A DNA stretch of 64,000 bases, taken from Ostreococcus lucimarinus (taxonomy: Eukaryota). This document shows, one piece after another, positions 1 to 9,567 of the stretch. The DNA is taken from the NCBI GenBank assembly GCA_000092065.1, contig CP000591.1; one strand, written 5' to 3'. The first letter of the stretch is position 1. Every line of letters begins with the position of its first letter. The notes beneath the pieces were generated by a model that saw only the letters and a program-made list of their open reading frames with translations, had not been told where the DNA came from and searched no databases. The position numbers were made by a program, and so were the translations under genes.

Positions 1-214
1 ACCGTTCCATGTCGTTCATCAAATCCTCTCCATCGCTCTCGTCGTCGCTCCCGCGCGAGTCCTCGCTCGCGTCGCCGTCGCTCGCCCCGACGTCGTCGCG
101 CTGATCGTGATGCGGCACGAACGGATCGTCCGCGCCCGCGCGCTCGAACGCGTCCCGCGCGTCGTCGTACGCGTCCGAGGCGTCGTCGCGGTCATCGCTA
201 TCGCTCGTCGCCAT
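1..214 (-). CDS. N-terminal part of an acidic D/E/S-rich protein; the gene continues beyond the window start (5'-partial in window)
   Basis: Minus-strand ATG at 214..212 (plus-strand cat at 212-214) opens MATSDSDDRDDASDAYDDARDAFERAGADDPFVPHHDQRDD... with no stop before coordinate 1. It is absent from the ORF track because no stop lies in the window. Low-complexity composition, no recognisable domain. Confidence 0.3.
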   Translation of the reverse strand, partial: MATSDSDDRDDASDAYDDARDAFERAGADDPFVPHHDQRDDVGASDGDASEDSRGSDDESDGEDLMNDMER

Positions 215-454
215 CGCGGCGCGCGCGCGTCGTCGCGTCGCGTCGCGTCGCGCGTCGTCGAGTGTCGCGCGCGCGTTTGAATTCGCATCACAGCTCGACG
301 CGCGCGCGACGCGCCGGCGACGCGCCTTCGGCGAGCGCGCGCGCGGCGAGCGCGAGCGAGCGACGTCGCGCGCGCGCGCGCCGCGCGAGGACGAAACCGC
401 GCGCGAGGACGACGAGGCGCGCGATCGCGGATCGCGAATCGCGACGCGCGGGCG

Positions 455-1147
455 ATGGAAACGAAACGCGTCGTCTTCGTGTCGCTGAAACCGTCGTCGA
501 CGGCGAGCGATGATCAACACGCGTCGAGGAACGCGCGACGGAAGCGCGCGCTCGGGATCGAGGAGAGGGCGACGTGGGAGGAGTTTGTGAGCGCGGCGTG
601 CGCGCGGTTGCAAATCGCGGGCGCGCGGGCGGTGTATCACGCGAGCACGGGCGAACGCGTGCACGGGATAGAGGACGTGCAAGACATTGAAGATTTAATC
701 GTCGAGGAGGATGAGAGCGCGCGGATGATGACGAGCGGCGCGACGCCGGGGGTGAGCCCGTTGCGAACGCCGAACGGACGCGCGAACGGGGCGACCGCGC
801 GCGGAACGCCGGGAAGGGATTACGACGGTGATTACGACGACGACGATGGAAAGAGTAAACCGCGAAGGATGTCGGTGCTGTTGTCGAGCCTCGTACCGGG
901 ACTCGGCAGCGCGGTGGGCGACGGGGCGTTGAGGAAACTGGACAGCGCGTTGGACGCGGCGGAGCGCGGCGACGACGACGGCCGATCGAAGAATCATCGC
1001 GTGCCGACGCGCAAGCCCGTGGGCGCGCGAAAGACGTTGAAGCGAAAGAAGCGCTTGAATAGGCGCGCGGCGGCGTTGTTGCTGATCGTGTTCGTCGGTA
1101 CGTTGGTGTACGTCTTCGGTCGACGCTTTGAAGACGCGCCGTTCTAA
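455..1147 (+). CDS. Hypothetical tail-anchored protein with a possible N-terminal ubiquitin-like/PB1-like fold
   Basis: ATG verified at 455. The composition is not GC-artefact-like in the N-terminal 90 aa (KRVVFVSLKPS...WEEFVSAACARLQIAG...IEDLIVEE). A C-terminal hydrophobic anchor (LLLIVFVGTLVYVF) follows a basic KRKKR stretch. Confidence 0.5.
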   Translation: METKRVVFVSLKPSSTASDDQHASRNARRKRALGIEERATWEEFVSAACARLQIAGARAVYHASTGERVHGIEDVQDIEDLIVEEDESARMMTSGATPGVSPLRTPNGRANGATARGTPGRDYDGDYDDDDGKSKPRRMSVLLSSLVPGLGSAVGDGALRKLDSALDAAERGDDDGRSKNHRVPTRKPVGARKTLKRKKRLNRRAAALLLIVFVGTLVYVFGRRFEDAPF

Positions 1148-1245
1148 TAGTCTAGTTGTAAAACAGTCGTCATTGCGTCGCGTTCGCGACTTTGTCTCGG
1201 CGCCTCCGCGCGGTGCGCATCGCGCGAACGCGTAGCGCGCGACGC

Positions 1246-2175
1246 ATGCGCTCGTTCGGCGCGCCGTCGACGTCGGCGGCTCGTCCAACGCACGTCAGGA
1301 CGAAAAGTGCACCCAGACACAAATCCCGCTCGCGCGCCGCGCCGCGCGCCGCGGACGACCCGCAGGCGTGGGAACGGTTTTATCTCACGCACAGTAAAGA
1401 CGGCGCCAAAGGACACGACGTCGGGGCGTTCAAAGATCGGCATTACCTCCGGAAAGCGTTCGGGGAACTGGTGGACGAAGAAGCGCGCGCGGCGCCGGAG
1501 ACTTTTCGCCCGGCGCTTCGCCCGAGCGAGCTCCCAGACGTGGACGAAACGCGCAAAATCGATGTTTTGGAGCTCGGGTGTGGGGTCGGGAACTCGGTGT
1601 TTCCGCTTTTGAGGGCGAATTTAAACATGCGAGTCGTGGCGGTGGACTGTTCGCCGACGGCGATTGCGGCGGTTCGCGCGAACCCGGAGTTCGATGCGCG
1701 ACGACTTCGCACGCACGTCGTCGATGCGAGCGCGCGTCGTTCGATGGAGAGTTGCGTTGACGACGCATCGGTCGACGCCGTGACCGCGGTGTTCTTTCTT
1801 TCCGCGCTCACGGCGAACGGGTTGCGAAACGCCGCTGAGGAAATTCGGCGCGTGCTACGTCCGAATGGTGTACTTTTATTTCGAGATTACGCGAGAGGGG
1901 ACGTTAAGAACGCAGATGCGTCGTCGCAGTTTGTGCCGGGCGAACGCATCGATGAGAATGCGTCTTTGTCGTCGACGTCGAACGAGCAAACGTACCGCCG
2001 TTCCGACGGCACGCTCGCCGTCTTCTTCGACGAAGACGAGTTAAACGACGTGTTTGCATCCGTCGGGTTGGTGGGCGAGTGCGAAATAGTCACGCACTCA
2101 ATCACGAACCGCAAGCTAGGAGTGACGATGGATCGAAAGTTTGTGCAAGGGCGGTTCGTGAGGCTCGCAGGGTGA
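1246..2175 (+). CDS. METTL2/6/8-family SAM-dependent methyltransferase (tRNA m3C methyltransferase-like)
   Basis: WERFY...FKDRHYLRKAFGEL aligns to the METTL6 N-terminal motif WDLFY...FKDRHW..EFEEL. It has SAM motif I LELGCGVGNSVFPLL and post-I VLRPNGVLLFRDY. The ORF-track start at 1192 is TTG; the first in-frame ATG is at 1246. Confidence 0.75.
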   Translation: MRSFGAPSTSAARPTHVRTKSAPRHKSRSRAAPRAADDPQAWERFYLTHSKDGAKGHDVGAFKDRHYLRKAFGELVDEEARAAPETFRPALRPSELPDVDETRKIDVLELGCGVGNSVFPLLRANLNMRVVAVDCSPTAIAAVRANPEFDARRLRTHVVDASARRSMESCVDDASVDAVTAVFFLSALTANGLRNAAEEIRRVLRPNGVLLFRDYARGDVKNADASSQFVPGERIDENASLSSTSNEQTYRRSDGTLAVFFDEDELNDVFASVGLVGECEIVTHSITNRKLGVTMDRKFVQGRFVRLAG

Positions 2176-2222
2176 GTCGTTTGAATATAGATTTGTCATT
2201 TACATCTGTAGCGATCCCTATC

Positions 2223-3764
2223 TCACGCCGCAACCGATTGAGCGTTCGCGTCGCCGAGCACCGCCTCGCTCGCAGTCGGCGGGGCGAGGATCTTCCTGCT
2301 CTCGTGGAAGTATTGATGCGGCGTGTGCACGCCCGCCTCGATTTCGACGCCGTCGTGAATCGCCGCAAACGTCATACCGCACGCGATTTGGTAGTGCATA
2401 TTCGTCGCCTTCTCGACAATCGCGTGCGACTTAGCACCAGAGATTTTCAACGTACCGAGCAACTCGTGCAAACGTGCGCCGTTATCCTTGACGCCAGACG
2501 TGAGCGTCTTGAACGGACAACCGTGCGCGTCCTTCACGCCCGGATCCGCTGCGATGCACTGACCGCACGCGTGCGGGGTGTAGTTGACGCGCTTCCCTTC
2601 CTTACCGTACGCGTGTCTGATACCATACGCGTAATCTTTTTCAAACTTCTCCGCGGAGCATTTCGGGTGCTTTGTGAACTCTGTCTTCCAAAACACGAGC
2701 GCCTGGTCCAGAGGCAAGCCGATGCCCTTCAAATACAGTTGCAGTTGTCGTCGACCGCCGTGCGTCAGGTGATGATCTTTCTTGAGCGCCTTGTAAAGCT
2801 GGCGCATGCACAGCGGGAAAGACTCTTGCGTGGCTTCGATGCCGGCGATCGACATCGTGCCGTCTTCGCCTTGGAAATCGTACCCGCTTCCCGATCGACG
2901 GTTGTGCACAGATTTCAAAAGCGGCGTCAAACGGTGAGCCTCCTTCTTTTCAAACTTGTTGAAGAGCGTGATGGCTTCGGCGACCATCTTGTTCAGCATC
3001 GTCTTAAACCGACCGAACACGAGTTGATCGAGGGTTTCTTTACGAATCCACGCGTTTCCGCCGATCAAGTACGCCCGTCTCGACTTGACGAGCGGGCACA
3101 CCTCTTCGAAACCGACGACGAACCAACGCGACGCCTCGCTCGCCGCTTCCTCGCACATCCTCTGGTACTCCATCGTCCCGAGCTTACCATCTTTACTGAG
3201 ACTTCGACGCATCTGCCTATACTCGTGGTCCGCCATCAAGACGTCCCGCAAATCGTCCCGTCTCTCCCGCACTTCCTTCTCGCTCGCCCGCGCGTAATCG
3301 TTAAACCCATTCGTCCGCATAAACTCCATCTTCGCGTCCAAACTCAGCTCACCGTACCGATACTTGAACAACTCCAACTCGTTCTCCCGAAACCATCGCC
3401 TGTGTTCTTCGCTTCGACAGCTCGCCAACCTCAACAAAAAATGACTCGTCGCGTCTCTCGCCGCGCCCTCCGCGTCAAACGTCCCCCCCGTCGTCCGTCG
3501 CATGTTATATTCCTCCTCCGCGCTCGCGATCGCCCGTTTCAATTCCTCATCCTTCTTCCCACCGCTTCGCGCGTCGTCGATCGCCCGCAAGACGCCGTAC
3601 CGATCCATCGCCGCGCGCTCCAGGTACTCGATGGAGCGTTCGTCATCCGGCGCGGTGTTGTACGCGTCCAACCGCGCCGCGTTTCCGCCGTACTTTCGCT
3701 CGAGCGCGGTCTTGGCGCGCGCTTCCGCTTTCTCTCGATTCGTGCGCAGCGCGCCGAAGACCAT
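2223..3764 (-). CDS. PRIM2: DNA primase large subunit (PriL/PRIM2)
   Basis: The C-terminal Fe-S domain matches human PRIM2 closely: SFPLCMRQLYKALKKDHHLTHGGRRQLQLYLKGIGL...FWKTEF...YGIRHAYGKEGKRVNYTPHACGQ...HGCPF...HYQIAC. ATG verified at 3764..3762. Confidence 0.85.
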   Translation of the reverse strand: MVFGALRTNREKAEARAKTALERKYGGNAARLDAYNTAPDDERSIEYLERAAMDRYGVLRAIDDARSGGKKDEELKRAIASAEEEYNMRRTTGGTFDAEGAARDATSHFLLRLASCRSEEHRRWFRENELELFKYRYGELSLDAKMEFMRTNGFNDYARASEKEVRERRDDLRDVLMADHEYRQMRRSLSKDGKLGTMEYQRMCEEAASEASRWFVVGFEEVCPLVKSRRAYLIGGNAWIRKETLDQLVFGRFKTMLNKMVAEAITLFNKFEKKEAHRLTPLLKSVHNRRSGSGYDFQGEDGTMSIAGIEATQESFPLCMRQLYKALKKDHHLTHGGRRQLQLYLKGIGLPLDQALVFWKTEFTKHPKCSAEKFEKDYAYGIRHAYGKEGKRVNYTPHACGQCIAADPGVKDAHGCPFKTLTSGVKDNGARLHELLGTLKISGAKSHAIVEKATNMHYQIACGMTFAAIHDGVEIEAGVHTPHQYFHESRKILAPPTASEAVLGDANAQSVAA

Positions 3765-3824
3765 GGCGGCGTCGCCGCCGTCGTCGCGCGTCGCCGTGTC
3801 GCGCGATCGTCGAGCTGTCGCCGC

Positions 3825-4039
3825 GTCGCGATTTCAAATTTCGTGGCGTCGGCGCCGCGCGCGGTGCGATTTCGAGGGTCGGCCTCGCGCACCGCGCACT
3901 GTTTACCCATACGCGCGTCGCGATTTCAAATTTCGTGGCGTCGGCGCCGCGCGCGGTGCGATTTCGAGGCGTCGGCGCCGCGCGCGGTGCGATTTCGAGG
4001 GTCGGACCTCGCGCACCGCGCACTGTTTACCCATACGCG
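3825..4039. repeat. Tandem repeat of a roughly 92-bp unit, about 2.3 copies with an internal 32-bp re-duplication, in the bidirectional promoter between PRIM2 and the 4129 gene
   Basis: gtcgcgatttcaaatttcgtggcgtcggcgccgcgcgcggtgcgatttcgagggtcggcctcgcgcaccgcgcactgtttacccatacgcg occurs at 3825-3916 and again at 3917-4039. Each unit ends in cactgtttacccatacgcg. Confidence 0.7.
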
Positions 4040-4128
4040 TCAACGCGCGGACGCGGCGCGACGCGCGACGCGCGCGCGCACGTCGCGACGCGCGCGCGAC
4101 CGCGACCGCGACCGCGCGGCGACGCGCC

Positions 4129-5364
4129 ATGTCCGCGGCGCTGGCGGAGACGATCGCGCGCGACGCCGCGGACGGACGCGCGGGCGAGTACGACCTCGCG
4201 GGATTCGGCGAGGCGTGGGTCGACGCGCTCGTCGAGGCGGCGTTCGCGACGCCGACGCGCGCGAAAGGAGGGTTTTACGCGTCGTGCAAGTTCATCGTCG
4301 GCGGCGGGAAGAAGACGCGGGCGAAGTACGACGATGAGGTGGTGAAACACTTGACGGCGGCGCTGCGCGCGAGGGGGTTCGAGGACGACAGAGGCGCGAG
4401 CGCGTGCGAGGCGTGCCAAGGGACGTATAAGTACCAGCACGACACGGATAAGGATTTAAAATACTTGCACGTGTTTCCGAGGGTGACGCACGAGGCGGAG
4501 GGGGGGGAGGCGGCGGCGGCGGCGGGCGGGACGCAGTCGCCCGAGTATCGCGCGTGCGCGTGCGATTTGGAGGAGTTCGAGCGATTGGTGGAGATGTATT
4601 GTCCGAGCTTTTCGCAAAAGCGCGCGCTGTTGCGCAGGATGAAGGTGATGGAGCACGCGCTCGGGGCGCTGGAACAAAAGGTGATCGCGATGGAGAGCTT
4701 GAATGATCGCGAGCAGACGATGTACGACTCGATGGTTGAAGTCGCGGCGAAGATTGAGTTCTTACAACAGGCGCTGGACGACATGATCAAGAAGGGTCGA
4801 TTGACGAAAGGCGAACAAGGAGAAATCGTCGAAGATTTGGAGCTCAAGCTCGAAGATTTGAACCTGATGGTGAACGAGGCGAACGAGGAGGGGAAGCCGA
4901 AGCGCGCGGAGATGCTCGAGAGCAAGAAGGAAATCGTCGTCAAGAAGATTGACTCGGTGCGCGCGAAACCTCCAATCGTGTACACGGTGCCGCACGAACG
5001 CGAACTTTTGGACTTGAAGAAGGAGCTGAACTCGCTGAAAAAAATTGCCGCACAATCGAAAGGAAAGTTGATGAGCGGTGCGGACGCGGCGAAGTGCGCG
5101 AATATTCCCAAGCTCGAAGAGCGCATAGCGAATTTGGAAAACTCCGAGGAAAAAGGATGGTACGAGGACGAATGCCGAGCGCTTCTCTTTCCACCGGTCG
5201 CCGAAAAGAAAGCACCGGCGAAGGCCAAGGCGAGTGGCGCCAAAACCAATTCGGGATGGCTCACCAAGGCGGCAAAGGGCGGATCGCGCGGCGGAGGTGG
5301 ATCCGCGAAAGCTTCGTCGACTCGTGGTCCTTCCAACCCGTTCGCGATGCTCGGCGACGATTAG
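4129..5364 (+). CDS. Coiled-coil protein with a possible N-terminal Smr-like domain
   Basis: ATG at 4129. The N-terminal CKFIVGGGKKTRAKYDDEVVKHLTAAL resembles the Smr-domain signature. It is followed by a long K/E-rich heptad region and a G/S/K-rich tail. The upstream part of the 3502 ORF overlaps PRIM2 and is rejected. Confidence 0.5.
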   Translation: MSAALAETIARDAADGRAGEYDLAGFGEAWVDALVEAAFATPTRAKGGFYASCKFIVGGGKKTRAKYDDEVVKHLTAALRARGFEDDRGASACEACQGTYKYQHDTDKDLKYLHVFPRVTHEAEGGEAAAAAGGTQSPEYRACACDLEEFERLVEMYCPSFSQKRALLRRMKVMEHALGALEQKVIAMESLNDREQTMYDSMVEVAAKIEFLQQALDDMIKKGRLTKGEQGEIVEDLELKLEDLNLMVNEANEEGKPKRAEMLESKKEIVVKKIDSVRAKPPIVYTVPHERELLDLKKELNSLKKIAAQSKGKLMSGADAAKCANIPKLEERIANLENSEEKGWYEDECRALLFPPVAEKKAPAKAKASGAKTNSGWLTKAAKGGSRGGGGSAKASSTRGPSNPFAMLGDD

Positions 5365-5411
5365 CATATAGCGGGTGTTTATATATCACAACATTCATCA
5401 AAATGTGCGTA

Positions 5412-8400
5412 TCAACGTTCACTGTGGTGTCTGGGCGGTCGAAACGGCAAAGGTTCGACGTTCCAAATCTTCGCCGCGTACTCCCGAATCGTGCGATCGG
5501 ATGAAAACATCCACATCGAACACGCAGCTTCGATGCACTTTGCGGTCCACTTCTCTTCGTACTGATACGCCGCATCGGCTTCTGCAATCGCCCCTAGATA
5601 CGACGGAAAATCATGCGCGGTGAGGTAGACGTCTTTCCTCGGATCGATGGCGTCCAAGAGCTGGTTGTACGCTCCGTCGTCCGGCTTGCCGAAGATGCCG
5701 GCGCGAATCATTCCCATGGCGCGGTGAAGACGAGGATCAATTTTTGGTGGGTCGTGCGCCATCTTGCGTCGAATCGCCGCGACTTGATCCGCCTTCGCGC
5801 CAAACGTGAACATGTTATGCTCGCCAATCGCTTGTTCTATCTCGATGTTCGCCCCGTCCATTGTACCCACGATCAATCCGCCGTTCATGACGAACTTCAT
5901 GTTCCCGGTGCCGCTCGCCTCCATACCCGCAGTGGAGATGTGTTGCGAGATATCACTCGCGGGAATGAGAATCTCCGCTAGAGACACGTTGAAGTTGGGA
6001 ACGAACACCACCTTGAGTAAGTCACGACACGCCGCGTCGGAGTTCACGACTTCAGACACGGCGCATACGAGCATGACAAGATTTTTCGCCATGACGTATC
6101 CGGGCGCAGCTTTGCCGGCGATGATGTGCACGCGCGGCACCATTGTTTTGCGCTGTTCGGGCGTAGCCTGCGTGATTTCGGCGTAGCGGTGCACGATTCC
6201 AAGGACATTCAACAACTGGCGCTTGTATTCGTGTATGCGTTTGATTTGCATGTCGAACAAGGCGTTGGGATCGACGCGGATATTCATCGAACGGTACAGC
6301 CATTCCGCAAGCGCTTGCTTGTTCGTTTGCTTGGCCGCGCGCCAACGCTGTCGAAATTGCGGATCTTGCGCCATCGTCTTGATCGGCTCGAGTCGCTTGA
6401 GATCGTTTACCCACCCAGGGCCGACCATGCCCGTGTAAATGCTCGCGAGCGCTGGATTCGCTTGCAACAGCCATCGTCGCGGCGTGACACCATTCGTCAC
6501 GTTGATGAACTTTTCTGGCCACATCAACAAAAAGTCGGGGAATAGCAAAGACTTCAAAAGCTTGGTGTGGATCATCGCCACCCCGTTTACGGTGTGCGAC
6601 CCGATGACGGCTAAGTTGGACATGCGTACCATCTTGGGTGATGACTCTTCGATGATACTCATCGACGACATGCGCGCGGTGTCGTTTGGCCACATCTTTT
6701 GAACCTCAAGCAAAAACCGGTGGTTGATTTCGTAAATGATTTGCATGTGTCGCGGCAAGAGCTCGGTGATCATCGGCACCGGCCACTTCTCCAGTGCCTC
6801 CGGGAGAATGGTGTGGTTGGTGTACGCGAAGACTTTTCTCGTTATTTCCCACGCCTCGTCCCAAGGTAGACGCTCGATGTCGAGGAGCAAACGCATGAGT
6901 TCGGGAATAGCAATCGCCGGGTGCGTGTCGTTGAGCTGTATCGCCACCTTGTCCGGCATATTCTTCATCGTCGTAGACCCACGACCGACGTTCTTCTTGA
7001 AACGTCTATAGATGTCTTGTAAAGTCGCGCTGACGAAGAAGTATTGTTGCTTCAATCGCAAACGCTTACCTTCTTCCGTGGCGTCGTTCGGGTACAGCAC
7101 TGACGTGATACTCTCGCAACGTTCCTTCGCCTCGACCGCGCCGTAGTAATTACCGGCGTTAAACGAGGCGAGATTGAATTCGTGCGATGGCTTGCTACTC
7201 CACAGTCGCATATTGTTGGTGTTGTACGTACCGTAGCCTGGAATCGGGGTATCGTACGCCTGCGCCATGACGACTTCGCCGCCCTCCCACGCGTACAACG
7301 TGTTCCCGTCCGGATCTTGAAACTCTCGAACGTGGCCGAATAAACGAACCGGGTACTGCACGTCTAATCGTTCAACTTCCCACGGGTTCCCATCGGTAAG
7401 CCAATAATCTGGAAACTCCACTTGTTTACCATTCACGATTCTTTGCTCAAACATTCCGTACTTGTAGCGAATGCCGTACCCCCACGCGGGATAATTTTGC
7501 GTCGCGAGCGTGTCCAAGAAACAAGACGCCAAGCGCCCCAGACCCCCGTTCCCGAGCGCTGGCTCTTTTTCCTCTGACATGATATCTTCCAAATCGTATC
7601 CAATCTGCCGCAAAGCCTCGGCGTAGGCGCCTCGTAACCCGAGATTTGAGACGGCATTGCCGAGCGAGCGGCCGATTAAAAATTCGAGCGACAGATAGTA
7701 CACTTTCTTCGCCCCTTTCTTGGCCGAATACTGCTGCGTGTCCGTCCATCGCTCGATCAATCGATCTCGCACCGAGTGCGCGGTGGCTTGATAAAACGAG
7801 CTCGTATCGAGCTTGTACCTCCTTCGCGCGAGCGTATACTCCACGTGCCGCACCAACGATCGCTGCAAACTCGCCACGTCGTTTGGCAAGTACGTGCTCG
7901 ATAGCTTCCACAACAACTCCTTGTGCGCCAAGTGATCGACGCCCATCTCTGCATCGTCGACGTACTGACGCGGGCGATCGAGGATCGTCGTCGCGCTCTC
8001 CAAGAACGATGACTCGGTCACGTCCGCGCGATCGCTTTCCATATCCACGCTAAACGAATCCAGCTGCCCGAGCGAGTCTTTCCTCCGATGCTGCAACAAA
8101 GACGCTCCGCTCGACCGTGGACTGTGCAAGCTCACCGGCGGTCGCCCTCGATGATGATTCTGATGTTGTTGGTACTGATATCCACCCCTGTCGACGCCCA
8201 CGATCACGGGCATACCCGTCTCGTCGTCCCCTCGCGCGTACGATCCCGCGCCGCTCCTCGCCATCCGACCGCCGTACGCGCTCGACGTCGACGAGTCGTT
8301 CTCCTGCGCCAGATTCGCCCGCAAGCTCTGTTCGAGCCACGCGTCCACGCGCGTGTTTTGCCCGCTCGCCACGGACGAGCCCGGCTTCCGCCTCGCGCTC

Positions 8401-8792
8401 GTCGTCGTCGTCGTCGTCGCGTCTGGCTGTCGCGCCGCCAACCGCAGGCGCGTCATCAGCGTCAGCTCTTCGCTCGACCCCACGTCGCGCGTTCGCCCTC
8501 CCGCGAACGCCCCGCGCGCGAACGACGTATCCGCGGCGTCGTGCGCCGCGCCTTCGTCGTCGCCCGTCGCGTCGCGCCCCGTCGTCGTCGTCCCGTCGCG
8601 ATGCCGATGCGTCGGCGTCAACCTCTCCGGCGCGCTCCTCGCGAACGCCGCGTCCCAGAACGTCTTCGCGTCGCGCGGGCGCGCGTCGTCGTCGTCGAAC
8701 GCGACGTCATCGCGCGGCATCGCGTCGCGCGCGCGCGCGCCGTCGTCGCGCGCAGATCTCTGAAGAATTTGGATGACGGTAACCGTCGCCAT
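5412..8792 (-). CDS. Alpha-1,4-glucan (starch/glycogen) phosphorylase with a roughly 300-aa low-complexity N-terminal extension
   Basis: Canonical GT35 motifs are present: EFLIGRSLGNAVSNLGL, GNGGLGRLASCFLDTLAT, the PLP-site region EASGTGNMKFVMNGGLIVGTMDGANIE and the C-terminal REYA...IW. ATG verified at 8792. Whether the true start is this ATG or a downstream Met (MPVIVGV...) cannot be told. Confidence 0.9.
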   Translation of the reverse strand: MATVTVIQILQRSARDDGARARDAMPRDDVAFDDDDARPRDAKTFWDAAFARSAPERLTPTHRHRDGTTTTGRDATGDDEGAAHDAADTSFARGAFAGGRTRDVGSSEELTLMTRLRLAARQPDATTTTTTSARRKPGSSVASGQNTRVDAWLEQSLRANLAQENDSSTSSAYGGRMARSGAGSYARGDDETGMPVIVGVDRGGYQYQQHQNHHRGRPPVSLHSPRSSGASLLQHRRKDSLGQLDSFSVDMESDRADVTESSFLESATTILDRPRQYVDDAEMGVDHLAHKELLWKLSSTYLPNDVASLQRSLVRHVEYTLARRRYKLDTSSFYQATAHSVRDRLIERWTDTQQYSAKKGAKKVYYLSLEFLIGRSLGNAVSNLGLRGAYAEALRQIGYDLEDIMSEEKEPALGNGGLGRLASCFLDTLATQNYPAWGYGIRYKYGMFEQRIVNGKQVEFPDYWLTDGNPWEVERLDVQYPVRLFGHVREFQDPDGNTLYAWEGGEVVMAQAYDTPIPGYGTYNTNNMRLWSSKPSHEFNLASFNAGNYYGAVEAKERCESITSVLYPNDATEEGKRLRLKQQYFFVSATLQDIYRRFKKNVGRGSTTMKNMPDKVAIQLNDTHPAIAIPELMRLLLDIERLPWDEAWEITRKVFAYTNHTILPEALEKWPVPMITELLPRHMQIIYEINHRFLLEVQKMWPNDTARMSSMSIIEESSPKMVRMSNLAVIGSHTVNGVAMIHTKLLKSLLFPDFLLMWPEKFINVTNGVTPRRWLLQANPALASIYTGMVGPGWVNDLKRLEPIKTMAQDPQFRQRWRAAKQTNKQALAEWLYRSMNIRVDPNALFDMQIKRIHEYKRQLLNVLGIVHRYAEITQATPEQRKTMVPRVHIIAGKAAPGYVMAKNLVMLVCAVSEVVNSDAACRDLLKVVFVPNFNVSLAEILIPASDISQHISTAGMEASGTGNMKFVMNGGLIVGTMDGANIEIEQAIGEHNMFTFGAKADQVAAIRRKMAHDPPKIDPRLHRAMGMIRAGIFGKPDDGAYNQLLDAIDPRKDVYLTAHDFPSYLGAIAEADAAYQYEEKWTAKCIEAACSMWMFSSDRTIREYAAKIWNVEPLPFRPPRHHSER

Positions 8793-9069
8793 CTCGCGGC
8801 GCGATGTCGACGCGCGCGCCCGCGTTCGTCGCCGTCGTCGGCGCGGAGAGCGCGCCGGTGTTCGTCGCGTCGCTCGGCGCGCGCGAGGGCGCGAACGAAG
8901 CGTGCGTGACGCGCGCGAGCGCGGGATTTCGTCTCGACCGCGCGCGCGACGAGACGACGAGACGACGAGACGACGTCGACTGACGGCGAACTCGCGCGTT
9001 TCGTCGCGCAGCGCGCACGCGTCGCGCGCGCACGCCGCGCTGGACGCGATCGACGCGAAACTCGGCGCG

Positions 9070-9366
9070 ATGACGACGGAGAGCGCGACGAGGTACTTGG
9101 GGGAGTGTCACCGCGCGCACGACGGCGTGTGCTACGGGTACGCGACGCGGTCGAGGGCGAGGATGGTGCTCGCGTACGAGGAAGACGCGAGCGAGGAGAC
9201 GGTGAGGAAGGATTTTGATTATTTAGCGACGGCGTACGCGGAGGCGGCGTGCGATGCGTTCGGGGAGATTGGGGGGAGGACGACGAGCGAGCGGTTTCGC
9301 GAGCGATGCGAAGCGTTGGGATCGGACGCGCGGCGGCGCGAGGAGGGGACGGGCGGTGGTGGGTGA
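9070..9366 (+). CDS. Small hypothetical protein (99 aa)
   Basis: In-frame ATG at 9070 within the 8773 ORF. The C-terminal 90 aa (YLGECHRAHDGVCYGYATRSRARMVLAYEEDASEETVRKDFDYLATAYAEAACDAFGEIGG) have protein-like composition unlike flanking R-rich artefact frames. It lies in the divergent gap next to the phosphorylase start. No homology recognised. Confidence 0.25.
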   Translation: MTTESATRYLGECHRAHDGVCYGYATRSRARMVLAYEEDASEETVRKDFDYLATAYAEAACDAFGEIGGRTTSERFRERCEALGSDARRREEGTGGGG

Positions 9367-9567
9367 GCGTCGGCGCGACGCGCGTGGATTTCGCGTGATT
9401 TCGCGAATGGAGTGGTTTAGGAGTCAGCATGAAGACGGGGTTAGCGATTGTTTGACGCATGAGACCAGAGTTTAGTTTTGCGCAAGGGACGTTTTAGTGA
9501 GAAACCAAAGTTTAAAATGATTACATGTCGTAGCGCCGCTAAGAATATATATACTCTCGCGTATGAC

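Noticed and set aside
3539-4023. MGKQ... ORFs inside the promoter repeats (3539-3910-, 3643-4023-, 31318-31626-, 31425-31925-)
   Set aside because: The ATGGGTAAACAG start is the reverse complement of the repeat core ctgtttacccat. These are uATG-containing repeat copies, not genes.
2079-4337. 752-aa plus-strand ORF, the longest in this region
   Set aside because: It runs antisense across the whole PRIM2 CDS, whose homology is unambiguous. Its composition is R/L/V/H-rich with no domain, a typical GC-frame mirror ORF.
4275-5336. 353-aa minus-strand ORF
   Set aside because: It is antisense to the K/E-rich coiled-coil gene at 4129-5364. The S/F/L-rich composition is exactly the complement-frame signature of AAG/GAG codons.
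8088-9460. R/S/P-rich ORFs (8088-8909+, 8117-8776+, 8618-9460-)
   Set aside because: They overlap the phosphorylase N-terminal low-complexity region in other frames or strands. They are pure Arg/Ser/Pro runs from GC-rich triplet repeats.
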